Position numbers and translations under genes: made by a program. Below are positions 47,426 through 56,921 of a stretch of 64,000 nt of DNA, in pieces (positions within the stretch are counted from its first letter, which is position 1; each line of letters opens with the position of its first letter). Under the pieces are notes generated by a model, which was not told the DNA's origin, made no database searches, and saw only the letters and a program-made list of their open reading frames with translations. Source of the stretch: a virus (taxonomy: Duplodnaviria; Caudoviricetes); IMG/VR virus record IMGVR_UViG_2912649904_000001, positions 25,860 to 89,859 of that record; one strand, written 5' to 3'.

Positions 47426-48016
47426 TCACTGCTCGCTGCCCGCTTCGTTCAGAGTCGACCCGGCCGGGGGCGTCTGCTGTCGCATCGGCTCGGCGTCGGG
47501 CACGGTCACGATCGGCACGCCGGAGGTGAGCTTCGGGTCGGGCGGCTGCGCGGCCTGGTCGTGGACGAGAGGCGGGCAGGCGGGCGGTTGGTTCCACATG
47601 GGGTGCTCGGGGCGCAGCAGGACGTACGCCACGTCCAAGAGGCGGGCCGCCGTGCTGTCGGCGGCCTCGCGGCTGACCGAGTACGGAGCGCACCGCGTGA
47701 GCGCATACGCCAGCTCGGCGACGGCTAGGGGCCGTACGCCGTCGGCGGGCCGCAGCGCCTCGTCCCACTGGAAGTCGCAGCGCTGGCAGGAGCGTTCCAG
47801 CCGCTCGGGCAACGGACCGCGCATCTTAGTGCGGCCGTTGTAGTCCCACAGGCCGCGCGGCGACTCCGGCCGGTAGCGGGTGAACGCTTCGTTGTAGGAA
47901 CACTTGGTGCACACGGTCAACTCGCCGGAGTACGGCGGCAGTTCGCTGCCGAGCTGCTGCTCGCCGACCTCTTCCGGGAGCCGCTTCCTGGTCGCGGTGG
48001 TGGTGTCGTGGTTCAC
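47426..48016 (-). CDS. Zinc-ribbon hypothetical protein
   Basis: CTKC...CQRC-F-W. Confidence 0.55.
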   Translation of the reverse strand: MNHDTTTATRKRLPEEVGEQQLGSELPPYSGELTVCTKCSYNEAFTRYRPESPRGLWDYNGRTKMRGPLPERLERSCQRCDFQWDEALRPADGVRPLAVAELAYALTRCAPYSVSREAADSTAARLLDVAYVLLRPEHPMWNQPPACPPLVHDQAAQPPDPKLTSGVPIVTVPDAEPMRQQTPPAGSTLNEAGSEQ

Positions 48017-48299
48017 GGGACGTGCCCTTCGAGTCGGGTCTGATGGGTCCGTGCGGGTCACGCCGCGCCCGCGCGGGAGACGGGGATGGTAGGGCCTTCA
48101 GCTATCCCCGGCCCCGCGCCATGCCCACCCTCGGCGGTAGGCGGGAACGGGGGTGCTGAGGGACTGTTCGGCTCGGTCGCGACCGTGGCCATGCCGTCGA
48201 GCGCGAAGGCTTCTCGCCCGCCGCGAGGCGTGGCCGAGCAGGTGCGCGCGGCCTGCCGCACCGACCCCGCAGTGGCGACGGCCAGCAGCACAGCCACGG

Positions 48300-48776
48300 T
48301 TACAGCGGGTCCTCGCCGTTCTCGTCGACTTCGCGGCGGGCGCGCTGCTCGGCGGCGATCTCCGAGGCGGAGGCAACGGCGAGGTTGTACATGGTGGTGA
48401 CGGCGTCGCCGATGTCGCGGCAGTCGGGCCGGTCGCCGTGCTCGGCGAGGACCGTGAACAGGGCGTGCGCGGTGTCCTGGTCCTGGTTGGACCATGCCGT
48501 CATGAACCGTGCGGCGAACCGCACGGGCGGTGGAAGGTCGTCGGACGAGCCCTCGCGGCCGTCCGGGGCTTCGACGTAGATCCCGAACGTGCAGTCCGGG
48601 CCGTGGTCGCGGCGGATGCCGTGCGTGGCGGTCTCGGCGAGGGAGCCGAGGAGCGCGTACGTCGAGGCGGGGCCGTCGTTGACGATCGGCTGGAGGAGGT
48701 CCAGGCCAGCCTGGTGGTCGCCTGCGACGCCGTGCGCGACTGCTTCGAGGATGGTCTTGGGGTCCGGGGCGGGCAT
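48300..48776 (-). CDS. Hypothetical protein (paralog of 52875-53321)
   Basis: FAAR-TA-N-DQDT-AL shared. Confidence 0.7.
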   Translation of the reverse strand: MPAPDPKTILEAVAHGVAGDHQAGLDLLQPIVNDGPASTYALLGSLAETATHGIRRDHGPDCTFGIYVEAPDGREGSSDDLPPPVRFAARFMTAWSNQDQDTAHALFTVLAEHGDRPDCRDIGDAVTTMYNLAVASASEIAAEQRARREVDENGEDPL

Positions 48777-48867
48777 CGGTGCGTGCCTCCTGCGTGTGGG
48801 CTGGGATGATCCGGCGGAGGGTGGCCGCTCCCGATTCGGGCGGGAGCGGCCACCTGTACGAGGTGGG

Positions 48868-49665
48868 TCAGAACGCGGCGGCGGTCATTTCGCGGCCCAG
48901 GGCCTCGCCAACGGCCTGCACCAGGTAACCGCGTGCCTCGTCGTGCATGTCCTTGTGGAACGCGAAGTGCACCCGCACGATCGGCTGTTCACCAGCTGCC
49001 CACGTCAACGAGTGCCCGTCGGGCTGGAGTCCGTCCGCGTCGAGCTGGGCAGCCCACGCAGCAGGATCGGCGGCAGCGTCCGGGTCTTCGACCGCGGCCA
49101 CCGGCTCGTCGGCAGTCTCGGCGTGGAAGTGCGAGCCCGGCTCGGTGATGGCGGGCAGCTCCGCCGCGCAGTCGTTGCAGCGGCGGGACTTCACCCAGCC
49201 GGCCGGGCTGCGGTACTCGCCGGTCACGTCCCACGACTCATGTCGGCAGTCCGGCGTGGGACTGCACTGGTCGTCGTGGCCGATGCGACGCTCGCACGTG
49301 AACGGGGCACTGACGCGTCCGAGTTCGGCGCCGCAGCACAGGTACTCGCCGACCTGCACGCCAGCAGGGCAGGCCGCGGTGTGGGGCACCGCGTGCCCTT
49401 CCGCGTCGCATACGACGGTCACCTCCGGGACGAGCTGCCCGGAGGCGGCCAGCGCGGCGGCGATGACGACCAGGTCGGCGACATCGCCGGGGAGGTCGAC
49501 GCTTCCTCCGCCCGGCGTGGTGACGCCGCAGTCGCCGAGGTCGTTGGCGACGGCCCACACCGCGCCCGTGGGGTGCCGCAGGATCTCCAGCGGCCGTTCG
49601 GTGTCGCCGGTCCATCCGGCGCGTTCAAGTGCCTCGACGACAGCGAGGCGCGAGTTCCAGGTCAT
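48868..49665 (-). CDS. Hypothetical protein
   Basis: AAGGGA RBS; Cys/His-rich centre. Confidence 0.6.
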   Translation of the reverse strand: MTWNSRLAVVEALERAGWTGDTERPLEILRHPTGAVWAVANDLGDCGVTTPGGGSVDLPGDVADLVVIAAALAASGQLVPEVTVVCDAEGHAVPHTAACPAGVQVGEYLCCGAELGRVSAPFTCERRIGHDDQCSPTPDCRHESWDVTGEYRSPAGWVKSRRCNDCAAELPAITEPGSHFHAETADEPVAAVEDPDAAADPAAWAAQLDADGLQPDGHSLTWAAGEQPIVRVHFAFHKDMHDEARGYLVQAVGEALGREMTAAAF

Positions 49666-49684
49666 CAGGAGGGTTCCCTTCAGG

Positions 49685-50131
49685 TCAGAAGCACAGGTCA
49701 CAGGTGCAGTGGACGCGGAACAGGCGCTCGGTGCCCTGCTCGTCGCGGCGGAAGCAGGACCGGCACGCGGACATCGGCCAGTGGCCGACGGGACCGGACG
49801 TCGGGCAGTCGGGACAGCCGTTCGGCCGCGGGTCGCGGTCGCGGGTCGTGGCGACCTCGTCACGGGTCAGGGCGGGAACTTCGTACGCGGTGCTCATGGC
49901 GGTGATCTCCAGGTCTCCGAGCGGCTGCCCGGCGTCGATGTGGTCGTGAAGCTGGCGGATTCGCGTGATGGCACCGCCGCGGTCGCCGCGGCCGCTGAGC
50001 GCGCGGCGCGAGGCGGCCGGGATCTGGAACCAGCAGCCCGCGCACAGGTACAGGCGGGACGGCTTCGGCGTGCGGCAGGACCGGCAGAGGCTCCCGGTGT
50101 ACGCGCCGCGCGGTGTACGGGAGGCGGCCAT
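49685..50131 (-). CDS. Zinc-finger hypothetical protein
   Basis: CRSC...LC-CW; several CxxC. Confidence 0.5.
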   Translation of the reverse strand: MAASRTPRGAYTGSLCRSCRTPKPSRLYLCAGCWFQIPAASRRALSGRGDRGGAITRIRQLHDHIDAGQPLGDLEITAMSTAYEVPALTRDEVATTRDRDPRPNGCPDCPTSGPVGHWPMSACRSCFRRDEQGTERLFRVHCTCDLCF

Positions 50132-50315
50132 CAGGCGTTGGCCGGGACGAACGGCTTCTTGCCGACGCCGTCGCAGCGGGCACCGGTCGAGAACCCGGCC
50201 GCGGTCATGCCGTAGTGCCATCCGATCAGGCCCTTGCGGGTGAGGTGGAACGTACGGGGCGAGCACTTCGGGCACTCCCCGCGCGGTTTCGGCACGCCGC
50301 TGCTGGTCTTGGTCG

Positions 50316-50762
50316 TCATCGTGTTGGTTCTCCTTCGGGATCGTGCGGCGGGGCCGGGTGCCCCTGCCGCAGGTTCGAGGGGTGGCGGTTGCCGATCGCC
50401 AGCGCCCGGGTCACAGCCCGACCGCCGAATCGAGCGGTCGCCGCGTCGTGGCCACGCGCCTTGAGGAAGCGCAGCACTTCACCGGGCTCAACACCCTCCG
50501 GCACCGGCTGGGCCGGGCGGCGGGCCGCAGTGCCACACAGCAGGCACCCGTTCTCGGCCCCTGGTTCGACGGGGCCGCCGGGGTGCCGCGTGCAGCGGTT
50601 CGCTGGAGCGCGCTTGCCCTGCGCCTGCTTCACGAGCTGGTGCGCGCGATGCAGCTCAGCCTCCAGTTCCGCGAGCGTCGCGTCGGTCACGTCGTTCCGG
50701 GAGGTGAACGCGGTGATCTCCCGCAACGCCTGGCCGATCGCGGGCAAGTAGTCAGGGTTCAC
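50316..50762 (-). CDS. Hypothetical protein coupled to replication gene
   Basis: GTGA overlap; CTRH...CLLC. Confidence 0.6.
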   Translation of the reverse strand: MNPDYLPAIGQALREITAFTSRNDVTDATLAELEAELHRAHQLVKQAQGKRAPANRCTRHPGGPVEPGAENGCLLCGTAARRPAQPVPEGVEPGEVLRFLKARGHDAATARFGGRAVTRALAIGNRHPSNLRQGHPAPPHDPEGEPTR

Positions 50763-51796
50763 CCGTTGCTCACCGCTTCCAGGGCGCGCCTCTGCTCCTC
50801 AGCCGCCATGAGGCAGTCCGGGCAGCAGTCGACGTTGCGCAGCCGGTACTCGCGTCCGCAGCCGCAGACCCGCAGCAAGGCTGTGGGGTCCTCCTGGGGC
50901 CACTGGACGTGTTCCACAGGCTTCCTGGGGGCTCCCTGTCCGCCGGTCAGCGGGAGCAAGAACGCGCCCTGGACGGGCTTTTGCCGGGCTTCCTTCGCCG
51001 CTTTGGCGTCGTCCATGACGCAACGGCCGCAGACCTCGCGGTCGGGCCGCACGATCGTGCCTTTTTGGCAGCGAGGGCAACGACGCACGTCCTGCGCCTG
51101 CCGCGCAGGGGAGGCGTCCTCGGTCTTGTTGGGGGAATCGTCGTCTTCTCGCGCGCCCGCGCCAGCCTCAGCTTGAGGCACTACATCAGCCAACTCTTGG
51201 GTTCTCTCCTGGGTAACCCGTGGGGTGTTCGGGCCGCAGAGGCCCGAACCATTCGGGCCGCAGAGGCCCGAACCCATAGGGGCCGCAGAGGCCCGAACCG
51301 CTTCTTCTTCAGTTCGGGCCACAGCGGCCCGAACTTCGGCCCCGTCAGAGTTCGGGCCGCTGTGGCCCGAACTCTCGTCGGGCGTCTCGGCGTCTTCGGT
51401 CTTGCGAGGGCGAGCTGTCGACTTGAGGTAGTCAGCGGCGCCCGACCAGTTCGGCCACGGGCAGGTCAGCGTCACGTAGACCGTGGGGCGGCCGCGTCGG
51501 CGTTCTCCGATGGTGGCAACCACACCGGCGACGATCGCGGCCTCCAGGTACCTCCGGGCGTCCTTCTCGCGGCATCCGGCCGCCTTCGCGATGTCCTGGA
51601 TGCGGATCGGTTTGCCGTCGTTGAAACGGAGTTGACCGCTGGTGGACGCCATCGCTCGGAGCGCGTACAGCATCGTGAGGAAACCGCCCTTGAGCGGCCG
51701 GGGCATCTCCCGCGTCCAGTGCCAAGCCAGCCTGTTCCCGAACTCGTGCGGCGGGCAGCCGGAAGCACGCTCCGGCTGCTGCTGCTCGTTGGTCAC
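50759..51796 (-). CDS. Replication initiator (wHTH, lambda O-like organisation)
   Basis: IQDIAKAAGCREKDARRYL...GRPTVY followed by iteron-coded linker. Confidence 0.75.
   Translation of the reverse strand: MTNEQQQPERASGCPPHEFGNRLAWHWTREMPRPLKGGFLTMLYALRAMASTSGQLRFNDGKPIRIQDIAKAAGCREKDARRYLEAAIVAGVVATIGERRRGRPTVYVTLTCPWPNWSGAADYLKSTARPRKTEDAETPDESSGHSGPNSDGAEVRAAVARTEEEAVRASAAPMGSGLCGPNGSGLCGPNTPRVTQERTQELADVVPQAEAGAGAREDDDSPNKTEDASPARQAQDVRRCPRCQKGTIVRPDREVCGRCVMDDAKAAKEARQKPVQGAFLLPLTGGQGAPRKPVEHVQWPQEDPTALLRVCGCGREYRLRNVDCCPDCLMAAEEQRRALEAVSNG
51227..51374. repeat. Five palindromic iterons (putative ori)
   Basis: TTCGGGCC-N5-GGCCCGAA repeats at about 51227, 51252, 51280 (partial), 51311, 51348. 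Confidence 0.85.
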
Positions 51797-51932
51797 GGCG
51801 TCTCTTCTCGGTCGTGCAGTCGGGTGGTGGACCAGCGGCTTGCCCGTGGTCAGGTGATCACTATGAGTGCAACTTTAATCTTTGGCAAGTGTGGCAATGT
51901 TCGCCAGATTGGTCACGGGTTACACTCTTGCC

Positions 51933-52148
51933 ATGACCGCTGCTCAGGACCCAGCCGTCCCGGAACTCCAGCCCGACGGCGTCCAGAACTTGCCGCTCAC
52001 GCATGCCCGCGCCCAGCTCACAACGCTGATCGAGGACGCCCGAGAACGGAACGTGGTGACCGCCCTGACTGTGCGCGGACGCCGTCGTATCTGCCTCGTC
52101 ACGCCCGAGTTCTACGAGCGCGCCAAGAAGGCTCTCGGCGAGAGCTGA
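51933..52148 (+). CDS. Orphan Phd/YefM-like DNA-binding protein
   Basis: LTHARAQLTTLIEDA...LTVRGR...LVTPEFYE; TACACT -10 6 nt before ATG. Confidence 0.7.
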   Translation: MTAAQDPAVPELQPDGVQNLPLTHARAQLTTLIEDARERNVVTALTVRGRRRICLVTPEFYERAKKALGES

Positions 52149-52156
52149 CCGGGCGC

Positions 52157-52462
52157 TCACGGACGGCCCCGAGCCTTGCGTCGGTACGCGGACATGTCCG
52201 CGACACCGGGCGGCAGGACAGGAGGGACGGGTCGGCCGTGCCGAGGCATCGGGCCCGGACACGTCGCCACGTGCGGCTTGTGCAGCCTCTCCCAGCGCAT
52301 GACGGGCAGTTCGTCCGTCGGGCGGCGGGACACCCACGTGCCCGTCCCGTTTCGGTAGACCGCGGTGTTCCCTTCGACGTCCGGTTCGATGTCGACGGCC
52401 AGGCGCTTCCCGGCCTCGGTGGTGGTCCACAGCACCAGTCGGCGGCATTTCGGGCACTGCAT
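52157..52462 (-). CDS. Zinc-binding hypothetical protein
   Basis: CPKC-R-VLW...G...D-EP...PHVATC. Confidence 0.6.
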   Translation of the reverse strand: MQCPKCRRLVLWTTTEAGKRLAVDIEPDVEGNTAVYRNGTGTWVSRRPTDELPVMRWERLHKPHVATCPGPMPRHGRPVPPVLPPGVADMSAYRRKARGRP

Positions 52463-52638
52463 GGTTTCTCCTCTCGCGCGCGGGGTCGAGACCGCGCCGC
52501 CCCGCAGCGGTGGGGACGGCACGGCCAGAGGGCGTGGCGGTCAGTCCACGACGATGTCGACCACCACGGCCAGGAGGAGCAGCAGCGCCAGCACGAGCGC
52601 GACCGTCACCGCTATGCGCAGCGCCCGGCCTCCGGCGC

Positions 52639-52878
52639 TCACTTGCGGTTCTTTCGCCCGCCCAAGCGGGACCGGAGCGTGACGTTCGCTTCAAGAAGCA
52701 GCGCCCGGGTCAGCCCGTACGACAGGCCGTGCTCGATGCCCAACTCCCGGATCGAGGCGCCCCCGTCGTACTTCCTCGCGAGGGTCTTCCGCATCGACTC
52801 GCGCTCCCCACCCCGCAGCCGGGGCCGGTACTCGGTGTCCTGGCGCGTCTTGCACTTCACCGTCGGGTCGGTGGTCAT
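52639..52878 (-). CDS. Small HTH protein
   Basis: YDGGASIRELGIEHGLSYG-R-LL-A-V-LR. Confidence 0.75.
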   Translation of the reverse strand: MTTDPTVKCKTRQDTEYRPRLRGGERESMRKTLARKYDGGASIRELGIEHGLSYGLTRALLLEANVTLRSRLGGRKNRK

Positions 52879-53321
52879 CCATCGTTCCTCTCGTGTCGAT
52901 CCTTCTGCGCGGCGCGAGCATCGAGCCCGGCCGCGTAGGTCACCAGCTCCCGCAAGGAGCCGGACCGTTCGCGCCGAGCCGCCCGGAAGGCGGCCACGAC
53001 CAAGGCGGTGACGGTGTCCTGGTCGCCGTTGGCGTGAGCGGTCACCAGCCGGGCGGCGAACAGCCGCTCCGGCCGACCTTCTGCGTCGCCAAGGTCGTCC
53101 AACACCCACACCTCGCCCAGACCGCTGTCGGGCGGCCCGTACAAGGCGAGGAGGGCATGAACTGCGGTGTACGCGAACACCCGGCACGCGGAGAGCACGT
53201 CGAACAGGTCGCCTCGCTCGGCGAGTTCACCGACTGCTGCGGTGACGCCGTCCACGTCCCCAGCGCGGGCAGCGTCAACGGCCGTCCGCGCCAGGTGAGT
53301 CAGCAGTCCAGGGCTCAGCAC
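52875..53321 (-). CDS. Hypothetical protein (paralog of 48300-48776)
   Basis: FAARLVTAHANGDQDTVTAL. Confidence 0.65.
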   Translation of the reverse strand: MLSPGLLTHLARTAVDAARAGDVDGVTAAVGELAERGDLFDVLSACRVFAYTAVHALLALYGPPDSGLGEVWVLDDLGDAEGRPERLFAARLVTAHANGDQDTVTALVVAAFRAARRERSGSLRELVTYAAGLDARAAQKDRHERNDG

Positions 53322-53543
53322 GCCTTCAGCTCCCTCTGCGCCCGGTACGCGGCTGCCGCGTCCTGCTGCTGCTCGGCCAGCGCGGCTTCGGCGCACACCT
53401 TGTGTGCCGGGGACCGCTGCGAGTCGCGCAGGTTCGTGGGCCGACCGCAGTAGCGGCACGGCTTCGCCTGCTGGTGCCAGTGGTCAGACGACGACCACAC
53501 GAGCAACCCGCTTGGCGGCAGCGCCGGTTGAGGCGCCGCCGGT

Positions 53544-53885
53544 CTACGCTGCCGCGCTGGCACGGGCCCGCTCCTCGCGTTCCCGGCGGCGCCGCCGCTC
53601 TGCCTCGAGGCGGGCCTGGCGGATCATCTCGGCCCGCTCGCGCTCGTCGAGGCCGCCCCACACGCCGTAGTCCTCGCGGTAAGTCATGGCGTGCGTGAGG
53701 CATTGGTCGCGTACGAGGCACCGGTTACAGAACGTCTTGGCGTACTGCACGTCGAGTTCGATCGGTGCACCGGACGTGCCAGCCGGGAAGAACAGGGCGG
53801 TCGGCTCCCCGGCGCAGGCCGCGTCTTGGGTCCAGTGGTACGGGCGGGGAAGGTTGTCGGGGGCATAGCGGCTCGGTCGCGGCAT
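53544..53885 (-). CDS. WhiB family transcription factor
   Basis: W-DAAC...LFFP...C-RC-V-C...GVWGG. Confidence 0.95.
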   Translation of the reverse strand: MPRPSRYAPDNLPRPYHWTQDAACAGEPTALFFPAGTSGAPIELDVQYAKTFCNRCLVRDQCLTHAMTYREDYGVWGGLDERERAEMIRQARLEAERRRRREREERARASAAA

Positions 53886-54165
53886 CGTCGGCAACTCCTT
53901 GCTCATCGTTCGGTGTCCGGACACGTCCGTGCGCGTGTCCTCGCAGGTCAACGCCCTCGTCTGTGAAGCAGCCCCCGTATGTCCGGATTACCGTCCGGGG
54001 CATGTCCGGGACGTGTCTGCGACCCGCAGTGCTGTGTCCCGCGTAGGGGCCGGTGAAGGCCCTGGCCGAGGGAGCCGGCCCCGACGAACACCGACCCCCA
54101 CAAGCCGGTCGCGCGGACAACCGCGTCGGCGGACGCCTCGCATGTCAGGAGGACTTCGAGCAACA

Positions 54166-54390
54166 TCACGAGTCCCCGGCGCCCGCTTCACGCCAGCGGG
54201 TCACGGTCCGGTCGGCGACGCCGAGCCGCTGGGCGATGACCGACCCCGACATGCCCGCCTCGGTCATCTCCCGGCATGCGTACTTCTGCTCTTCCTCGGT
54301 CAAGGCCGGGCACGGCCCCCGGCCCGACAGGGCCCGCTCGACCGCGATGAGGTCGATGCCGCGGTGCCACGTCGAGCCGGGGAACATCAC
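54166..54390 (-). CDS. Small HTH protein
   Basis: GMSGSVIAQRLGVADRTVTRWR. Confidence 0.7.
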   Translation of the reverse strand: MMFPGSTWHRGIDLIAVERALSGRGPCPALTEEEQKYACREMTEAGMSGSVIAQRLGVADRTVTRWREAGAGDS

Positions 54391-54743
54391 GCGAGCCCTC
54401 CCTCTCGCATGACGCGGTCGGCGAGGTGCCCACCGGCGACACAGCACGGGTAGCCGCACGTCGGCCTCACATTGCCCTCCGGGGCCCGGCCGTGGTGCCA
54501 GCGGAACGACAGCCGGTACGCGGTGTCGACCTGACACTGGTGCGCGACCACCGGAGTTCCCCGGGCTCCAGTCGCACCGGTCCAGTGCAGATGACCGCCC
54601 TCGACCTCGATCGTCCGGTCGGCGAACATCTCCTCCAGCGACGCGTAGCGCTTCCGGGGCGTCGGTGTGTGCACGGGCGTTGCTGGCGCGCCCGGCTGCA
54701 CCGAGGCCGCAGCCGCGTCGAGCGCTGCCGTGTCTCCGGTCAT
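54387..54743 (-). CDS. Degenerate HNH/His-Cys-like protein
   Basis: HWTGA...AYR-S...R-TC-CV-HL. Confidence 0.55.
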   Translation of the reverse strand: MTGDTAALDAAAASVQPGAPATPVHTPTPRKRYASLEEMFADRTIEVEGGHLHWTGATGARGTPVVAHQCQVDTAYRLSFRWHHGRAPEGNVRPTCGYPCCVAGGHLADRVMREGGLA

Positions 54744-55276
54744 GGCGTCACCTCGCTGTTCGGCTCGGCCCGGTACAGGTGGATGACCGCGCCCTGTACG
54801 TCCAGGACGTCGGAGACGGCCCCGTGGTCGGTGACGTACCGCTTCTCCAGGCGGCGGTAGCCGACCAGCAGCGCGTCGTCCTGGTACCCGCCGGCCGTCG
54901 TGATGGCGTCCTCCGTGCTGCGCGCGAGCTTGGAGAGGTCGGGCATCACGGCAGGGCGGGCGGGGGCGGACGGCTTGAGGACCCCGGCGTTCCGGCCGGT
55001 GCCGTAGTGGTTCTTGGGCCGGGTGAAGGAGAACACCATGGCCGCTTCCAGCGGGCCGGTCAGCGGGCGCCAGTCGCGGTGCCGGGCGATCTCCTGACGC
55101 ATCGCCCACACCACGGCTTCACGCCACGGCTTGACGTGCTTGGAGGACTCCAGCATCCGACCCTTGCCGATGTGCTTCTTCGAGCCCTGCGGCGCCGGGA
55201 GCCCGTACACCTTCACGCTCAGCACCGGCCCGGGCCCGGGCCGCGTCTCGTCCTTGAACAGGGCCGTACTGGTCAT
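54740..55276 (-). CDS. rusA: RusA-like Holliday junction resolvase
   Basis: GLPAPQGSK, PDLSKLARSTEDAIT, QDDA. Confidence 0.88.
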   Translation of the reverse strand: MTSTALFKDETRPGPGPVLSVKVYGLPAPQGSKKHIGKGRMLESSKHVKPWREAVVWAMRQEIARHRDWRPLTGPLEAAMVFSFTRPKNHYGTGRNAGVLKPSAPARPAVMPDLSKLARSTEDAITTAGGYQDDALLVGYRRLEKRYVTDHGAVSDVLDVQGAVIHLYRAEPNSEVTP

Positions 55277-55956
55277 CGCGCGTCACCGCCCATCAAGCCG
55301 TGGGGCAGCGCGGGGGCGTCCCGGAAGCCGGTGAGTACCAGCCGGTCGACGTCCGAGACATGGCAGTTCGCTTCGGCCTCCAGCCACCGGCCGGACAGCT
55401 CGGCGACGTCGAGGCCGGTGTCCGTGGTGACCTGGTCCATCAAGACCGTGACCGACTTCTCCAGATGCCAGCCGACGACGACGACGCTCGCGGTCCGCGC
55501 TTGCTTGTCGACCTCCAGCACCTCAACCGGCGTCGTGAACCGCTCGTCGTCGAGGGCCGCGAGGTACGTGCGTCCGAGTTCGGTGATCGCGGGCAGCAGG
55601 TTGATCGTCTGCACCAGACCCCGCACCCGGAGTTGCGCGGTCAGTGTCCCGTCGTCCTGGGCCTCACCGCCGTTGGCGAGAGCGCGCAGCAGCGCTTCGG
55701 CGGCCGCGTCGACGGGCATCTCCCTGGCGAGGCGGGTCACCCGAATCTGCGCCGCCCGCCACGCTGCGGTGTGCTTCGTGGTGGCCGCCGAGCACGGGCA
55801 TCCGTAGACCGTCTTCTTGTGGTCCTGCGGGGTGAGACCAACGCACTTCAGCAGGCTGTTCCGGCCACGGCAGCACAAGTCCTCGGTGCAGCAATGGCAG
55901 TTGGGGCAGTCCTTCTTGGCGGGTCGGACGTACTCCGGCCCGAACGTCTCATGCAT
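55273..55956 (-). CDS. Cys-rich hypothetical protein
   Basis: ATGA-coupled; Cys cluster. Confidence 0.55.
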   Translation of the reverse strand: MHETFGPEYVRPAKKDCPNCHCCTEDLCCRGRNSLLKCVGLTPQDHKKTVYGCPCSAATTKHTAAWRAAQIRVTRLAREMPVDAAAEALLRALANGGEAQDDGTLTAQLRVRGLVQTINLLPAITELGRTYLAALDDERFTTPVEVLEVDKQARTASVVVVGWHLEKSVTVLMDQVTTDTGLDVAELSGRWLEAEANCHVSDVDRLVLTGFRDAPALPHGLMGGDAR

Positions 55957-56189
55957 CGTCGTTGTCCTTCTTCGTCGTCGCCTTGCACACGCGGCATCGG
56001 CGGACGCCACCGGCGTCGAAGCTGTGAGGGGTGTCCCGGCCTTCGACCGGGCAGGGTGCCCAGACCGGGTCGGTGCGAAGCCCGGCCCGGGGCGGGTCGG
56101 TGCGGCGCTGCCCGGGCGGCGGCCACGAGCGGACCGCCGCCGCGATCGTTCCGCCACCGACGGCGATGGTGGCCAGATATAGGACGTGC

Positions 56190-56921
56190 TCACTCACCGG
56201 CCCGCACCCCCGACCGCATCGGCGGGATCAGCGGCCAGTCCGTACGGACAGTCGCCGCCCGGTGCTCCTTGCCCGGGGTCGACGCGAAGTGGATGCGCAA
56301 GCTCTCCTGCTGGTCGGCGGCCCAACGCACCTGCTGCTCGTGCAGTTCGATGAGGGGGACGCGGGTCAGCCACCGGTACCGGTGGGCGATCTTCCAGGTG
56401 ACGCCGCAAGCGGCGACCGCGTCCGCGCTGGAGTCGTGTGCGGCATACAGCGGCACCACGTAGTGACGGCACAGGTCGTCCAGACGACGCCCGCCCGGCC
56501 GGTACCTGTCGACGTGCCGGTCCAGGACCTTCGGGTCGAGGACGAGGGGCGCCGATCGCGCGAACAGGCCGCGTACACCGTGGCGTTCCGCTTCGGCCTC
56601 CAGCATCGTCAGGTCGAACACCGCGTTCATCACGACCACCGGCAGGCCCTCGTCGACCAAGCCGGCGACAGCGTCGACGATCTCGCTGACTACGGCCCCG
56701 GCCGGGCGGCCCGCAGCGCGGGCCGCCTCGGTGGTGTAGCCGTGAACTGCCGTCGCCCCGGCGGGAATCTCGACGCCCGGGTCAGCGATCCACGTGCGCC
56801 TCTCGGTGGGACGGCCACCGCCGTAACGGACGACGGCGGCCGTCACGATCCGGTCGGTCTCGGGGTCGATCCCGGTCGTCTCCAGATCGAGCCCAACGAA
56901 CGGCTTCCGATGCCACGTCAC
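56190..56921 (-). CDS. DEDDh 3'-5' exonuclease (DnaQ-like)
   Basis: DLETTG, NAVFD, AHDSSADA. Confidence 0.92.
   Translation of the reverse strand: MTWHRKPFVGLDLETTGIDPETDRIVTAAVVRYGGGRPTERRTWIADPGVEIPAGATAVHGYTTEAARAAGRPAGAVVSEIVDAVAGLVDEGLPVVVMNAVFDLTMLEAEAERHGVRGLFARSAPLVLDPKVLDRHVDRYRPGGRRLDDLCRHYVVPLYAAHDSSADAVAACGVTWKIAHRYRWLTRVPLIELHEQQVRWAADQQESLRIHFASTPGKEHRAATVRTDWPLIPPMRSGVRAGE

Noticed and set aside
51933-52462. Complete toxin-antitoxin pair
   Set aside because: Downstream gene is convergent and has no recognisable toxin motif
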